64,000 nucleotides of DNA from the human T2T-CHM13v2.0 reference genome, Homo sapiens. The notes under the pieces are model-generated. The model did no database searches. It was not told the origin of the DNA and was given only the letters and a program-made list of their open reading frames with translations. The translations under genes and the position numbers were made by a program. How positions within the stretch are numbered: the first letter of the stretch is position 1; each line of letters begins with the position of its first letter. Positions 19,895-33,737 of this stretch are shown here, one piece after another. The stretch is from the NCBI RefSeq assembly GCF_009914755.1, contig NC_060931.1; one strand, 5' to 3'.

Positions 19895-21480
19895 CCTAAA
19901 TCTTTGAGAAAATGGTTAAAAATCTCCAAATATAATTGTATATTAGTCTCGTTCTCCTTTAGTTTTATATTATGTATCATGAAGCTCTGTAATTAGGTAC
20001 ACAAACATTCATAGCTTTTATTTCTTCTTGAATGATGAACTTTTTAATCATTATGAAATTCCCTCTTTATCTCAAGAAACACACTTCTTGAAGTACATCT
20101 TTATAATATTAACATAACATCTCCAGCTTACCTTTTAGGGTTTGCATGACTTTTTAGCATTTTATTTAATTCTTTTAGTTTTAACCCATCACTCTTTTGT
20201 ATTCAATCTGGAAATCTTTGCCCTTTAATTAATTATTTACTCTACATGTTATGCAATTTTTTTATAAGATTGGGTTTAAGTCTATCATTGTACTACTTGT
20301 TTTTTATTTAAATCCTGTTTTTTTTCTATTATTTTATATTCTCTGCTGTTAAACAATTAACTGAATATTTCTTATATTGCATTTTTTCTCCTCCATGGCT
20401 TTTTGGCTATTCATTTTTAGTTTATGTTTTGTTTTTTAGTGGTTGTTCTAGAAGTTATAATAAGTATCTTCAACCTTTTAACAATACTACTTCATGTATA
20501 ATTTAGGAAATTGGACAACATTATATTTTCATTTACTTCCTTTCTTCCTTTGGTTTATAGTTGTCATGTATCTTACTCCTATGTATGCAATAAACCTCCA
20601 ACAGCATTGCTATAAATTTTGCTTTAAATAAACAATTGTCTTTTAGAAAATATTTTAACAAGAAAAAGCCAAATCTCTCTACTTATTTTTCATTTCCAAT
20701 GCTTTTGATTTTTTTTTTAATGTAGATCTCAGTTTTCATGTCGTGGCATTTCCTTTCAGCCTCAGGATTTCCTTTAGAATTTATTTTAGCACAGGTCTAA
20801 TGGTGATGAATGATTTTAGATTTTGTTTATCTAAAATGTATTTATTTCTCCTCTACTTTTTGAAATATATTTTTCTGGATTCAGAATTGTAAGTACACAA
20901 TTTTTTTCTTCTCCTGTACTTTTTGAAAGATATTTTCCTGGATACAGAAGTCTACGTAGAAATTTTTTTTCTTCTCTTTCAGTACTTTGAAGATGTCATT
21001 CCATTATTTACTGGCTTACATTGTTTTTATTAAAAAGTCAGCAGTAATTCTTAGCATTGTGCCCCTGTATGTAGCATATTTTTTCCTCAAGTTATTTTTA
21101 AGATATTATTTTCTCTTTATTTTAAGAATCTGTTATTTATCTTTTATTTTAAACAAGTTGACTATCATGTGGCTAGATGGGAAGTGAGAGAAAGAAAAAG
21201 ACAAACAGAGAGATAAATAACTATTTGTGATTGTGTGTGTGTATCCTATTTGACATATATTAGAATATTGGGCATATAGGATGGCATTTGTCATCAAATT
21301 TTGAAAAATTGAAGCACTTATCTCTTCAAATATTTTTCTGCCTCTTTCTCTTTCTCCTTTTCTTCAGAAACTCCCATTTCACATATGTTCACCTGATGCT
21401 TTCCTCCAATAATTTAGGCTCTGTTTTTTAGTTTTAGTTTTTATTTTCTTATGGCTTTTTTTCCTGTACTTTGATTTGGA
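19895..21480 (-). mobile_element. Old L1M (EN/ORF1 region) fragments
   Basis: CTCCAAATATAATTG...CTCTGTAATTAGGTACA; TTTCAGTACTTTGAAGATGTCATTCCA. Confidence 0.65.
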
Positions 21481-21520
21481 TGATGAGGCTTTTCTTTTTC
21501 TTTTTTTCTGGTAAATCCCA

Positions 21521-24008
21521 TTTTTTCTTTTTTTACTTTAAGTTCTGGGTTACCTGTGCAGAATATGCAGTGTTGTTACAAGGGTATACATGGTTTCCTG
21601 CACCTATCAACCCGTCACCTAGGTTTTAAGCCCCACAGCCATTAGCTATTTGTCCTGATGCTCTCCCTTCCCTCCACCCACCCTGCCCTCCAATAAGCCC
21701 TGGTGTGTGTTGTTCCCCTCCCTGTGTCCATGTATTCCCATGTGTTCAAATCTCACTTATGAGTGAGAACATGCCATGTTTGGTTTTCTGTTCCTGTGTT
21801 AGTTTGCTGAGAATGATGGCTTCCAGCTTCATTCATGTCCCTGCAAGGGACATGGTCTCATTCCTTTTGTGGCTGGATAGTATTCTATGGTGTATATGTA
21901 CCACATTTTCTTTATCCAGTCTATCATTGATGGACATTTTGATTGGTCCCATGTCTTTGCTACTGTGAATAGTGCTGCAATAAACATACGTGTACATGTA
22001 TCTTTATAACAGAATGCTTTATATTCCTTTGGGTATACACCCAGTAATGGGATTGCTGAGTCAAATGTTATTTCTGGTTCTAGATCTTTGAGGAATCACC
22101 ACACTATCTTCCACAATGATTTAAAGAATTTACATTCCCCCAAAAAAAGCATTGTTATTTCTTCAGAGCCTCGCCAGCATCTGTTGTTTCTTGACTTTTT
22201 AATAATCGCTATTCTGACTGGCATGAAGTGGTATCTCATTATGGTTTTGATTTGCATTTCTCTAATGATCAGTGATGCTGAGCTTTTTTCATATGTTTGT
22301 TGGCTGCATAAATGTCTTCTTTTGAGAAGTGTCTGTTCATATTCTTCACCCATTTTTTGATGCGGTTGTTTGTTTTTTCCTTGTAAAGTTAAGTTCCTTG
22401 TAAATTCTGGATATTAGACAACTGTCAAATGGGTGGGTGGCAGAATTTTTCTACCATTCTGTAGGTTGCCTGTCCTCTCTGATGATAGTTTCTTTTGCTG
22501 TGCAGAAACCCTTTAGTTTGATTAGATCCACTTTGTCAATTTTAGCTTTTGTTGCTATTGCTTTTAGCAATTTTATCATAAAATCTTTGTCCATGCCTAT
22601 GTCCCGAATGGTATTGCTGAGGTTCTCTTCTAGGGTTTTTATGGTTTAGGATTTACATATAAGTCTTTAATCCATCTTGAGCTAATTTTTGTATAAGGTA
22701 TAAGAAAGGGGTCCAGTTTCAATTTTCTGCATATGCCTAGCCAGTTTTCCCAGCACCATTTATTAAATAGGGAATCCTTTCCCCATTGCTTGTTTTTCAA
22801 AGATTTGTCAAAGATCAGATGATTGTAGGTGTGTGGTCTCCATTCTGTTCCATTGGTCTCTATAGACCAATATATAGACCTACTTCTGAGGTATCTCTTC
22901 TGTTCCATTGGTCTATATGTCTGTACCAGCACCATGCTGTTTTGGTTACTATAAACTTGTAGTATAGTTTGAAGTCAGGTAGCATGTTGCCTCCAGCTTT
23001 GTTCTTTATGCTTAGGATTGTTTTGGCTATGTGTGCTCTTTTTTGGTTCCATATGAATTTTAAAGTATTTTTTTTCTTATTCTGTGTAGAATGTAATGGT
23101 AGTTAGATGGGAATAGCATTGAATCTATAAATTACTTTGGGCAGTATGGCCATTTTCACAATATTGAGCCTTCCTATCCATGAGGATAGAATGTTTTTAC
23201 ATTTGTTTGTTGTCCTCTATTATTTCCTTGAGCAGTGGTTTGTAGTTCTCCTTGAGGTCCTTCACTTCCCTTGTTAGCTGTATTCCTACATATTTTATTC
23301 TCTTTGTAGCAATTGTGAATCAGAGTTCATTCATGGTTTGGCTCTCCGCTTGTCTATTATTGGTGTATAGGAATGCTTATGATTTTTGCACATTGATTTT
23401 TGTATCCTGAGACTTTGCTGAACTTGTTTATCAGCTTAAGGAGTTTTTGGGCTGAGATGATGGGGTTTACTAAATATAGGATCAGGTCATCTGCAAATAG
23501 AGACAATTTGACTTCCTCTCTTCCTATTTGAATATGCTTTATTTCTTTCTCTTGCCTGATTGCTCTGACCAGAACTTCCAATAATATGTTAGATAGGAGT
23601 GATGAGAGAGGGCACTCTTGTCTTGTGCAGATTTTCAAAGGGAATGCTTCCAGCTTTTGCCAATTCATATGATATTGGTTGTGGGTTTGTAATAAATAGC
23701 TCTTATTATTTTGAAATATGTTCCATCAATACCTAATTTATTGAGAGTTTTTAACATGAAGAGATGTTGAATGCTATTGCAGGCCTTTTCCACATCTATT
23801 GAGATAATCATGTGGCTTCTGTTTATGTGACGGATTACATTTATCGATTTGCTTATGTTGAACCAGCCTTGCATCTCAGGGATGAAGCTGACTTGATTGT
23901 AGTGGATAAGCTTTTTGATGAGCTGCTGGATTCAGTTTGCCAGTATTTTACTGAGGATTTTCACATCAATGTTCATCAGGCATATTGGCCTGAGGTTTTC
24001 TTTTTTTC

Positions 24009-24040
<32 letters not shown>

Positions 24041-24111
24041 TGTGTGTCTCTGCCAGGTTTTGGTATCAGCATGATGCTGGCCTCATAAAATGAGTTAGGG
24101 AGGAGTCCCTC
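21521..24111 (-). mobile_element. L1PA8-type, 5'-truncated (~2.6 kb)
   Basis: Reverse 3'UTR with CCTAGGTTTTAAGCCCC; reverse ORF2 including [12 protein letters not shown]; internal T(n)(GT)n tract at ~24000-24047. Confidence 0.9.
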
Positions 24112-26253
24112 TTTTATTGTGATGAAAACATTTAAAATCTACTCTCCTAGCAATTTCTAAGTATACAATCTATTACTATTAACTATAGTCACTATGCTGT
24201 ACAACAGATCTCCAGAACTCATTTCTCCTGTGTAACTGAAACTGTACCCTTAAACAACATCTCTTTATTCCCCTAAACACCTCCCTTTTTGAAGCCTCTG
24301 GTAACCATCATTCTGCCCTCTACTTCTATTAATTCAATTGTTTTATTTTAAGATTCTACATATAAGTGAGATCAAGCAGTATTTGTCTTTCTGTATCTGG
24401 CTTATTTCATTAAGCATAATGCCCACCATTTTCATCTGCTTTGTCACAGATAACAGTATTTCTCTCTTTTCTGGCTACTATTTCATTGTGTAATGTGACT
24501 ACTATTTCACTGTGTATATGCTACATTTTTAAAAATTTGTTTATCTGGTGATGGACATCCAGGTTGATTCCATATCTTGGCCATTGCAAATAATGCTGCA
24601 ATAAACACGAGAGTATAGATATTTATTCAACATACTACTTTCATATCCTTTGGATATATACCCAGAAGTGGGATTGCTAGATCACATGATAGTTCTATTT
24701 TTAACTTTTTTAGAAACTCCATACTGTTTTCCATAATGAATGTACAAATTTACATTTTCACCAACAGTGTACAAGGGTTCCCTTTTCACCAGATTCTTGA
24801 CAATGCTTGCTGCTTTTTGTCTTTCTTAATAAAAGTCATTCTCACAGGTGTGAGGTGATAATCTCATTGAGATTTTAATTTACATTTCTCTGATTATTAG
24901 GATGTTGAACACCTTTTCATATACACTGGATATTGTGAAATTGGATTATAAGAGTGAAATAAGGTGAAATAGGGGCCCAATTTCATTGTTCTGCATGTGA
25001 ATATTTAGTTTTCACAACACCATTTGTTAAAAAGATTGCTCTTTCTTCATTGTGTGATCTTAACAACTTGCTGAAGATCAATTGACTGTAAATGTGTAGA
25101 CTTATTTCTGGGCCCTCTATTCAGTTCCATTGGTCTATATGTCTGTATTTAGGCCAGCACCACACTGTTTTGATTTCTGTAGCTTTGAAGTAGACGTTGA
25201 AACCAAGCAGTGTGTTGCCTTTAGCTTTGTTCTTTTTGCTCAAGATTGCTTTGGCTATTTGGAATCTTTTCCAGTTTCATAGAAATTTTAGGATTGCTTT
25301 TTATTTACTTGAAAAATGTTGGAATTTTGAGAGGGATTGCATTGAATCGGTGGATCAATTTGGATATTACGGACATCTTTACAATGTTAATTCTTCCAAG
25401 TCATGAACATAAAATAACTTTCCATTTATTTGTGTTACCTCAATTTCTTTCATTAATGTTTTATAGTTTGCAGTGTACAGACAGATCTGTCATCTCCTAG
25501 GTTAAATTTATTTTTCTATTTTGATACTATTATAAATGAGATTGTGTTCTTGATTTCCATTTTGGATAGTTTGTTGTTAGTGTATAGAAATGTCACTAAT
25601 TTTTGTATGTTGATTTTGTATCTTGCGACTTTATTAAATCCACTTTCTAGCTCTAAAAGTTTTGAGGGAATCTTCAGGGTTTTTAATATATGAAATTATG
25701 TCATCTAAAAATGGAGGCAATTTAATTTCTTCCTTTCCAATTTGGATGCCTTCTATTTATTTCTCTTCCCTAATTTTTCTGGCTAGGACTTCCAGTAATA
25801 TATTGAATAGAAGTGGTGATAGTAGCCGTTCTCTCTTGTTCCTAATCTTAGAGGAAAAGCTTTCAACTTTTCACCATTGAGTATGATATTAGTTTTGGGT
25901 TTGTCATATATGGCCTTTATTGTGTTGAGAAACATTTATTCTAAAGTAAATTTGTTGAGAGTTTGTATAATGAAGTGGTGTTGAATTTTGTCAAATGCTG
26001 TTTTTGTATTTATTGAAATAATCATATGGTTCTTGTCTGTTCTGTAATGTGGTGTAGCACCTTGATAAATTTTTGTATATTAAAGTATTTTGAATCTTAG
26101 AATAAATCCCACTTGGTAATAGTGTATTATCCTTTCCATACACTGTTGAATTTACTTTCCTAATATTTTGTAGATAACTTTTATATATATGTTAATTAGG
26201 AATTTTGGCCAGTAATTTTCTGTTCTTGTAGCTTCCTTGTCTGTTTTTAGTAT

Positions 26254-27089
26254 TGATATGGGAGTGCTGGGAAGGTAAGAGCATGGCCCCTTTAAATGAT
26301 GTGGAAAGAGGGAAGAGAAGTGCTGGGTAGAGGGAGGGTGTGGTCCCTGGCTAGGGCTCACCCCCATGGACCTAGGTGAGGATAGGCATTCCTGCCTTCT
26401 TGCCCAAATGTTGCATTTTCCAAGACCTCCCTGGCCCACCATGCCCCCATCCTGTGCCTGTAAACCCCCGGAGACCCTAGCAGGCAGATACACAAGTGGC
26501 TGGACGTCATGAAGAGCGCATCGGTGGAAGAAGATACAAGTGGCTGGTCATTGAGAGCACGCCGGCAGAAGAGCATACCAACAGGCACTGGCAGGCCGGC
26601 AGGCCATCAACTGGTGGAATGACGTGGAGTTTGGCTGGAGCGGTAGAGGAAGAGTCAGGCACCCGGCCAAACTCCAAGGGAAAAACATCTCCCTTCTGGT
26701 TCCCCCATCTGCTGAGAGCTACTTCCACTCCATAAAACCTGGCATTCATTCTCTAAGCCCACGTGTGATCTGATTCTTCCAATACACCAAGGCAAGAAAC
26801 CGCGGGATACAGAAAGCCCTCTGTCCTTGCAAGAAGGTAGGGAGTCTAATTGAGCTGACTAACACAAGCCACCTATAGATGGCAAACTAAAAGGGCATCC
26901 TGTAATACACGCCCATTGGGGCTTCAGGAGCCATAACATTCACCCCTAGGCACTGCTGTGGGACTGGAGCCCCACAGCCTGCCCGTCTGTATGTTCTCCT
27001 AGGTGTTTGAGCAGTGGGGCACTGAAGAAGCGAGCCACACCCCCATCTCACACCCTGCGAGGGGGTTAGGGGGAAATTTTCACGTGTCA
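26254..27089 (+). mobile_element. ERV1 solo LTR, LTR1 family
   Basis: TG...CA termini, 4-bp TSD GTAT (26250-26253, 27090-27093); motifs GCCCAAATGTTGCATTTTCCAAGACC, CTGCTGAGAGCTACTTCCACTC, GAAGAAGCGAGCCACACCCC. Confidence 0.85.
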
Positions 27090-27178
27090 GTATCAGGGTA
27101 ATTCTTGTCTCCTAAACTGAGTTTGGAAGTGTTCCTTCCTCTTCAATTTTTTGGGAGAGTTTAAAAGTATTGGCATTA

Positions 27179-27530
<352 letters not shown>

Positions 27531-29094
27531 TCGATAGAATTAGTGAAACTATCAGTTCCTGGGCTTTTCACTGATGAACAACATTTTATTACTCATTAAA
27601 TCTTTGTACTTATTATTAGTCAGTTCAGATTATATTTCATCATGATTCAGTAATGGTAGATTGTATATTTCTAGAGATTTGTCCATTTCTTCTAGGTTAT
27701 CCAATTTTGGGGGGTGTAATTGTTCAGTTTTTTTATGCTTCTTTGCATTTCTGTGGTATCAGTTGTAATGTCTCCTTTTTCATTAAGTCTAGCTAAATAT
27801 TTGTCCATTTTATCTTTTCAAAAAGCCAACTCTTAACTTTTGATTGTTTTTTTCATCTCTATTTTATGTATTTCTGCTCTGATCTTTATGATTTCCTTCT
27901 TCTACTATTTTGGGGCTTAGTTTCTTTTTTGCTAGTTTCTCTAGGTGTAATATTAGGTTGTTTATTTGAGATCTTTCTTCTTTATTGAGGTAGGCATTTA
28001 TTGCTATCAACTTCCCTTTTAGAACTGTTTTTGCCCCATTCTATAAGTTTTGGTCTATTGTATTTCCATTTTCATTTGTCTCAAGATATTTTTAAATTTC
28101 TCTTTTTATTATTTGGCCCATTGGTTGTCTAATTTTTATTTGTAACTTTTCTGAATTCCTTCCTGTTACTGATTTCTAGATTTACACCCTTGTGGTCAAA
28201 AACTCTACTTGACATGATTTCAATGGTCTTAAATTGGTTAAGACTTCTTTTGTGGCCTAACATAATCTATCCTAGAGAATGGTGATGTGCGCTTGAGAAG
28301 AATATGTATTCTGCTGTTATTGGATGGAATATCTTTTATATGTCTGTGAGGTCCATTTGGTCTTAAGTATAGTTCAAATCCACTGTTTCCTTATTGATTT
28401 TATGTCTGGATGATCTGTTTATTGTTGAAAGTGCATTTGGATCAGTCTTTAAGCCACTGGTTTTTTTTCTGTAGTGGCCATTATGTTGATGCAACATCTA
28501 CGTCAGCTTTCTTCTTTTTCTATTAACATTTTTCTTCTGGTTATGGGATGCCTGTTCCTGTGTCTTCATATGTCTAATATATTATTTAGCTTAATTCTAA
28601 ACGTTGCTGATACAACATTGTTAAAAGTCTGGATTTTGTGGTCTTTCATCTTATCAAGAATTATTTTGGGACTGCATTATGCTGTGTCTAGAATAGATTT
28701 TATGACAGGGCTTAATTAGCATTACTTCTAGGAGTAATGTTTTTGTTTCTTAACTTAATGCCCAGGTGTTCGGTGCAATGTCACTACTTTGGCTGGTCAA
28801 AACTCCATTATTTTCCACCATTATGTGGACTTTGGAATATCTATGCATCTCACAGCCCTTGAATACCATCATTCTGTCATGTCTTGGGGAGTCTCTTATT
28901 GCACACAGCTGAGTATTTGACCAAAGACACAAAAGGATCACTATGTGATTTTCTGGAGGTCCTCTCTTTGTCACCTCCTCTTCAGTATACTCCCCTGCAA
29001 ACATTGGTCAACACAGTAGTCCTTGACTCCAATATTTGTTTCCTCTGCCCAACAAGCTTGCTGCAATCTGAGCGCCTTTTTCCACTGTGATGAA

Positions 29095-29700
29095 ACAGAC
29101 ACTTTCATATATTGTTGGTAAAAGTGTTAATTGCTAAAAATCTCCATGGAGAACAATTTTACTATAGTCATTAAATTTTAAATTGCAAATATCCTTTGGT
29201 CTCCAAATTCCACTGGTGGGAGTGAAACTCAGACACTCAAAATTATTGACATGTATACATGTAAGATTACATTTTGCAGCATTGTTTGAAATAACAAATG
29301 AATGGAAACAATCCAGATGTTTCTACACCAGGCACTACTCTTAAAATTATTATATCATCATGCATTACCACACTATTCAGGTTTGTAAAAGAAAGATGGC
29401 ATTCTCTGTGTACTAATATGGAAAATGTTTCCAGATTAATTTCATGAAGAAAGCCAGGTGGAATACAATGCATGGAATATGTATATAAAAAGGAAGGAAA
29501 GAATAAGAATCTCTATTGGTAGTAATTTGTATGTAGATAATAAAACTCTAAAATAAAAATTGTAGCCATTGGAAATACATGTTAAAATGGGGGAAAATGT
29601 GCAGATAAAACACTTTTCCATTATTCACTGTTATATGAACTTTAACAATTTAGATGATGTGAAAATTGCCCCTATTCAAAAAAATTAATAAATGCATTAA
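29095..29700 (+). mobile_element. Ancient L1ME 3' fragment
   Basis: TTTGCAGCATTGTTTGAAATAACAAATGAATGGAAACAATCCAGATGT. Confidence 0.6.
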
Positions 29701-29858
29701 AAGAAATATCATAAACAACTAATTAAATCCACAAAGATACATCTAAGGATTCCCTGGGATCCAAGAGCCCCAATTTGAGAAAATCCTATTGTACAGATTT
29801 ATTTATAGAAATACTTATACATTGGAAATATTCACACAATACAAAACTGAAAGTTAAC

Positions 29859-30928
29859 TTTTTTTATTTTATTATAGTTTAAGTTCTAGGGTACATGTGC
29901 ACAGCGTACAGGTTTGTTACATGGTTATACATGTGCCATGTTGATTTGCTGCACCCATCAACTCGTCATTTACATTAGGTATTTCTCCTAATGCTATCCC
30001 TTCCCCTGCCCCCCACCCCATGACAGGCCCTGGTGTGTGATATTCCCCACCCTGTGTCCATGTGATCTCATTGTTCAACTCCCACCTATGAGTGAGAACA
30101 TGCGATGTTTGGTTTTCTGTCCTCGTGATAGTTTGCTTAGAATGATGGTTTCCAACTTCATCCATGTCCCTGCAAAGGACATGATCTCATCATTTTTTAT
30201 GGCTGCATAGTATTCCATGGTGTATATGTGCCACATTTTCTTAATCCAGTCTATCATTGATGGACATCTGGAGTGGTTCCAAGTCTTTGCTATTGTGAAT
30301 AGTGTCACAATAAACATATGTGTGCATGTGTCTTTATAGTAGCATGATTTATTATCCTTTGGGTATATACCCAGTAATGGGATTGCTGGGTCAAATGGTA
30401 TTTCTGGTTCTAGATCCATGAGGAATTGCCACACTATCTTCCACAATGGTTGAACTAATTTACACTCCCACCAACAGTGTAAAAGCTTTCCTATTTCTCC
30501 ACATCCTCTCCAGCATCTGTTGTTTCCTGACTTTTTAATGATTGCCATTCTAACTGGTGTGAGATGGTATCTCATTGTGGTTTTTATTTGCATTTCTCTG
30601 ATGACCAGTGATGACGAACATTTTTTCATATGTCTGTTGGCTGCATAAATGTCATCTTTTGAGAAGTGTCTGTTCATATCCTTTGCCCACTCTTTGTAGA
30701 TTCTGGATATTAGCCCTTTGTCAGATGGGTAGATTGCAAAAATTTTCTCCCATTCTGTATGTTGCCTGTTCACTCTGATGATATTTTCTTTTGCTGTGCA
30801 ATTCTTTAGTTTAATTAGATCCCATTTGTCTATTTTGGCTTTTGTTGCCGTTGCTTTTGGTGTTTTAGTCATAAAGTCTTTAGCCATGCCTATGTCCTGA
30901 AGGGTATTGCCTAGGTTTTCTTCTAGGG
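29859..30928 (-). mobile_element. L1PA6/7-type, 5'-truncated (~1.07 kb)
   Basis: Reverse 3'UTR plus a 270-aa ORF2 C-terminal frame; TSD AACTGAAAGTTAACTTT at 29845-29861 and 30936-30952. Confidence 0.93.
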
Positions 30929-32497
30929 CAAAACTAACTGAAAGTTAACTTTCCATCATACTACCAGAGTATCTCCATGGATAATTGCCAGATTTGTGTA
31001 TGAGTGGTGTGTGTGTGTACTCCTATACATTGTGTATATCTAGAAAGTTTTATGGGTGCTTAACAATATTTGAAATTCCTCTCGTAATTTTTATTCTCCT
31101 CTGGATTTTTACTTATAAAATAAATTTTAGTAATTTGTGTTTTCAAAAAATATTAATACTTTCATTTAGATTTTCAAATTTTCTATAGGGATTTATTTGT
31201 AATAGCCTCCTATCAACTTTTAAAACTCTGTGCTTGATGATGTATTTATTCCTTTTTAAAATCCCCAAGATGGTCTATTACTGTTTTATCTTCTCTTAGC
31301 TTAACCATCACTAAGATTTCTAAGTATTTTTGTTGCACAATTTTCCATAATAAACTGCTATATGCATTTACCATATCTACTCTTAGTTTTTGTTTTTAAT
31401 TTATTAATATTCTTTATAATATTATTTTCTTTCTCTTTTCTTAAATTTAATTGGTAATTAGTTTTAAGTTTCTTGTGTTAAAAAAGCTCATTTATTTTTA
31501 TATCTAATTCAAATTTTATCATCATTAAAAGGTATTAAATATTTTTGATGACTTTTTTTATATTGTGTCATCATTCATTAAGAAAAGCATCTTTAAATTC
31601 TCTGGATGATTAAAATACTGGTTTAATTGCATTGTGTCAGATGAAACTTGTATCCTTTTCCACTTTGAAAAAATTATTAAAGGTTTTTTTTGTGACCCAT
31701 GGCAAGATTAATAGAATTCATTTTCTACTTATAAAATATTTGATATAAATACACTAAATAAAGCCTTACAATTTAGAATACTCTTACTTAGTATTTCCTA
31801 TTTGACCTTCCATACCCTGGAAAATGACTTTTAAATTTTTCCATTCTAATTGCTATTTTATCAGTTTAATTTTTGAAGACAATTGAAGATTCCTTGCTAT
31901 GTAAATTATTAGATTAAATACCTGCTTCCTTAGGAAATTAATCTCAGTAAGAATAAGCAGTACTTTACCATGAAAGTAAATTGTCAGATGCCTCAAATAT
32001 TGAGAACACTGCTTTCATGATAATTATATTCTATCCTATGTATTCCACATTTTGTCCATATTTTGTTACAATCCAACTATATATTTACATAAAAAAAATT
32101 TCTATATCCTAACATATTATTAATTTACTTCAGGTAAACACTAAAAATCCCAACACAAGGAAAATCTTAAAATTGATGGTCCTGAGAATTTATGCATTTG
32201 TATAAATGATCAATTTCTCTTAACAGAGATTTTAAGAAGAGGGCAGAACTATAAATGGAAATATATTGCAGTTGCAAAGCAAACAAAACAATTTTTTGTA
32301 TGGATGACAGAGAAAGGACAGACGGTTCATGTCATTCGTTCTAGCCACACTACCATTCACAGGGCATTTTCTTTGAAAATGACAGCCACTAATACAATCA
32401 ATTCTACCTTTGTTCATTATGTGAATTTTCTTTGTCAAAAAACTAAACATTAGTGGAAGCAACAGAAAAAGCCAATTCTAGATTCTTTTAAAAATAA

Positions 32498-32753
<256 letters not shown>

Positions 32754-32987
32754 TAATAATAATCATTATCATCATCATCAAGTGAATGGTGAAAATGGAT
32801 GGCTATTGATGTACTTACAAGCTGTGTAGGCACTGGCTAACAAAAATGTGTTCTATATGTCTTGCCAGGATTATTGAAACTTTTCAACACTGGTTTCTGC
32901 ATTGATAAAAAAAAATAAAGCCTGGTAAAAGTCTCCTTCATAGAATTATACAATATTAAATGTAGGAATACTAGAGGTGATCTGAAA

Positions 32988-33485
32988 TGTACCAGTTAGG
33001 TTCATTACGGGAAACAGATGGCATGTCTAAAATAGGATACTTCCAGGAGAGTTTTTAAAAGGCACTAATTACAAAGAGATGGGAAGCATGTAGGGAAATG
33101 ATGAAGGATAAATGCAGTACCCCAGACTTAGTAATAGTGAGAGGCAGCCACCACCCTTAAGCCTGAAGGAGTAAGGGGAGGACGTGGTTACCTGCCTGGA
33201 GAGAGTCATATAAAGAGTACCAACTGGAGAGGAGTTGTTAACTCAGTTGAGGGACATGGCCAGCTCAACAGTAACCCAGAGAAAGAGCTGAGGAAATAGA
33301 TATTCAACATCAATCTCCTCCTTTTCTCCAATCTACCGCCAGAGCTGCCCATAGGCCAAACTCAATTGGAAATCAGAAAGTCAAGGGACCTATGGATGCT
33401 ATTTTTACAGATCAACCTCCCAGATAGAGCTAGATACAGAAGGGTGAAGGTGTACCTATAAAAGGCAATGAAAATATACAACACA
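32988..33485 (-). mobile_element. ERVL-type solo LTR (LTR33-like)
   Basis: TG...CA bounded; GGAAACAGATGGCA, CCACCCTTAAGCCTGAAGG, CCCATAGGCCAAACTCAA match recalled LTR33. Confidence 0.65.
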
Positions 33486-33737
33486 TGACCCAGTTGTCTA
33501 AATTTTTAGATGAAAACATTGAGTCCCAAGGATGAACTGACTTGCTCAAGTTCAACTGCAAGCTAGAATCAGAATTAAAACCAGATAAATATTCTCAATA
33601 TGTTCCCCATTTCATGGAAATCTGCTGCCTTCCCACTTCCAAAATATCTTGCTTAGAGGAACAGTCATGACTGGAAGGAATCTATGAGACTCCTGGGTCA
33701 AAATAGCAAAGTGAACACCTATAGTCTTTTCTCCTTT

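Noticed and set aside
26152-26749. Overlapping ORFs on both strands
   Set aside because: Chance frames inside the GC-rich LTR1; no gag/pol/env similarity, and the element is a solo LTR.
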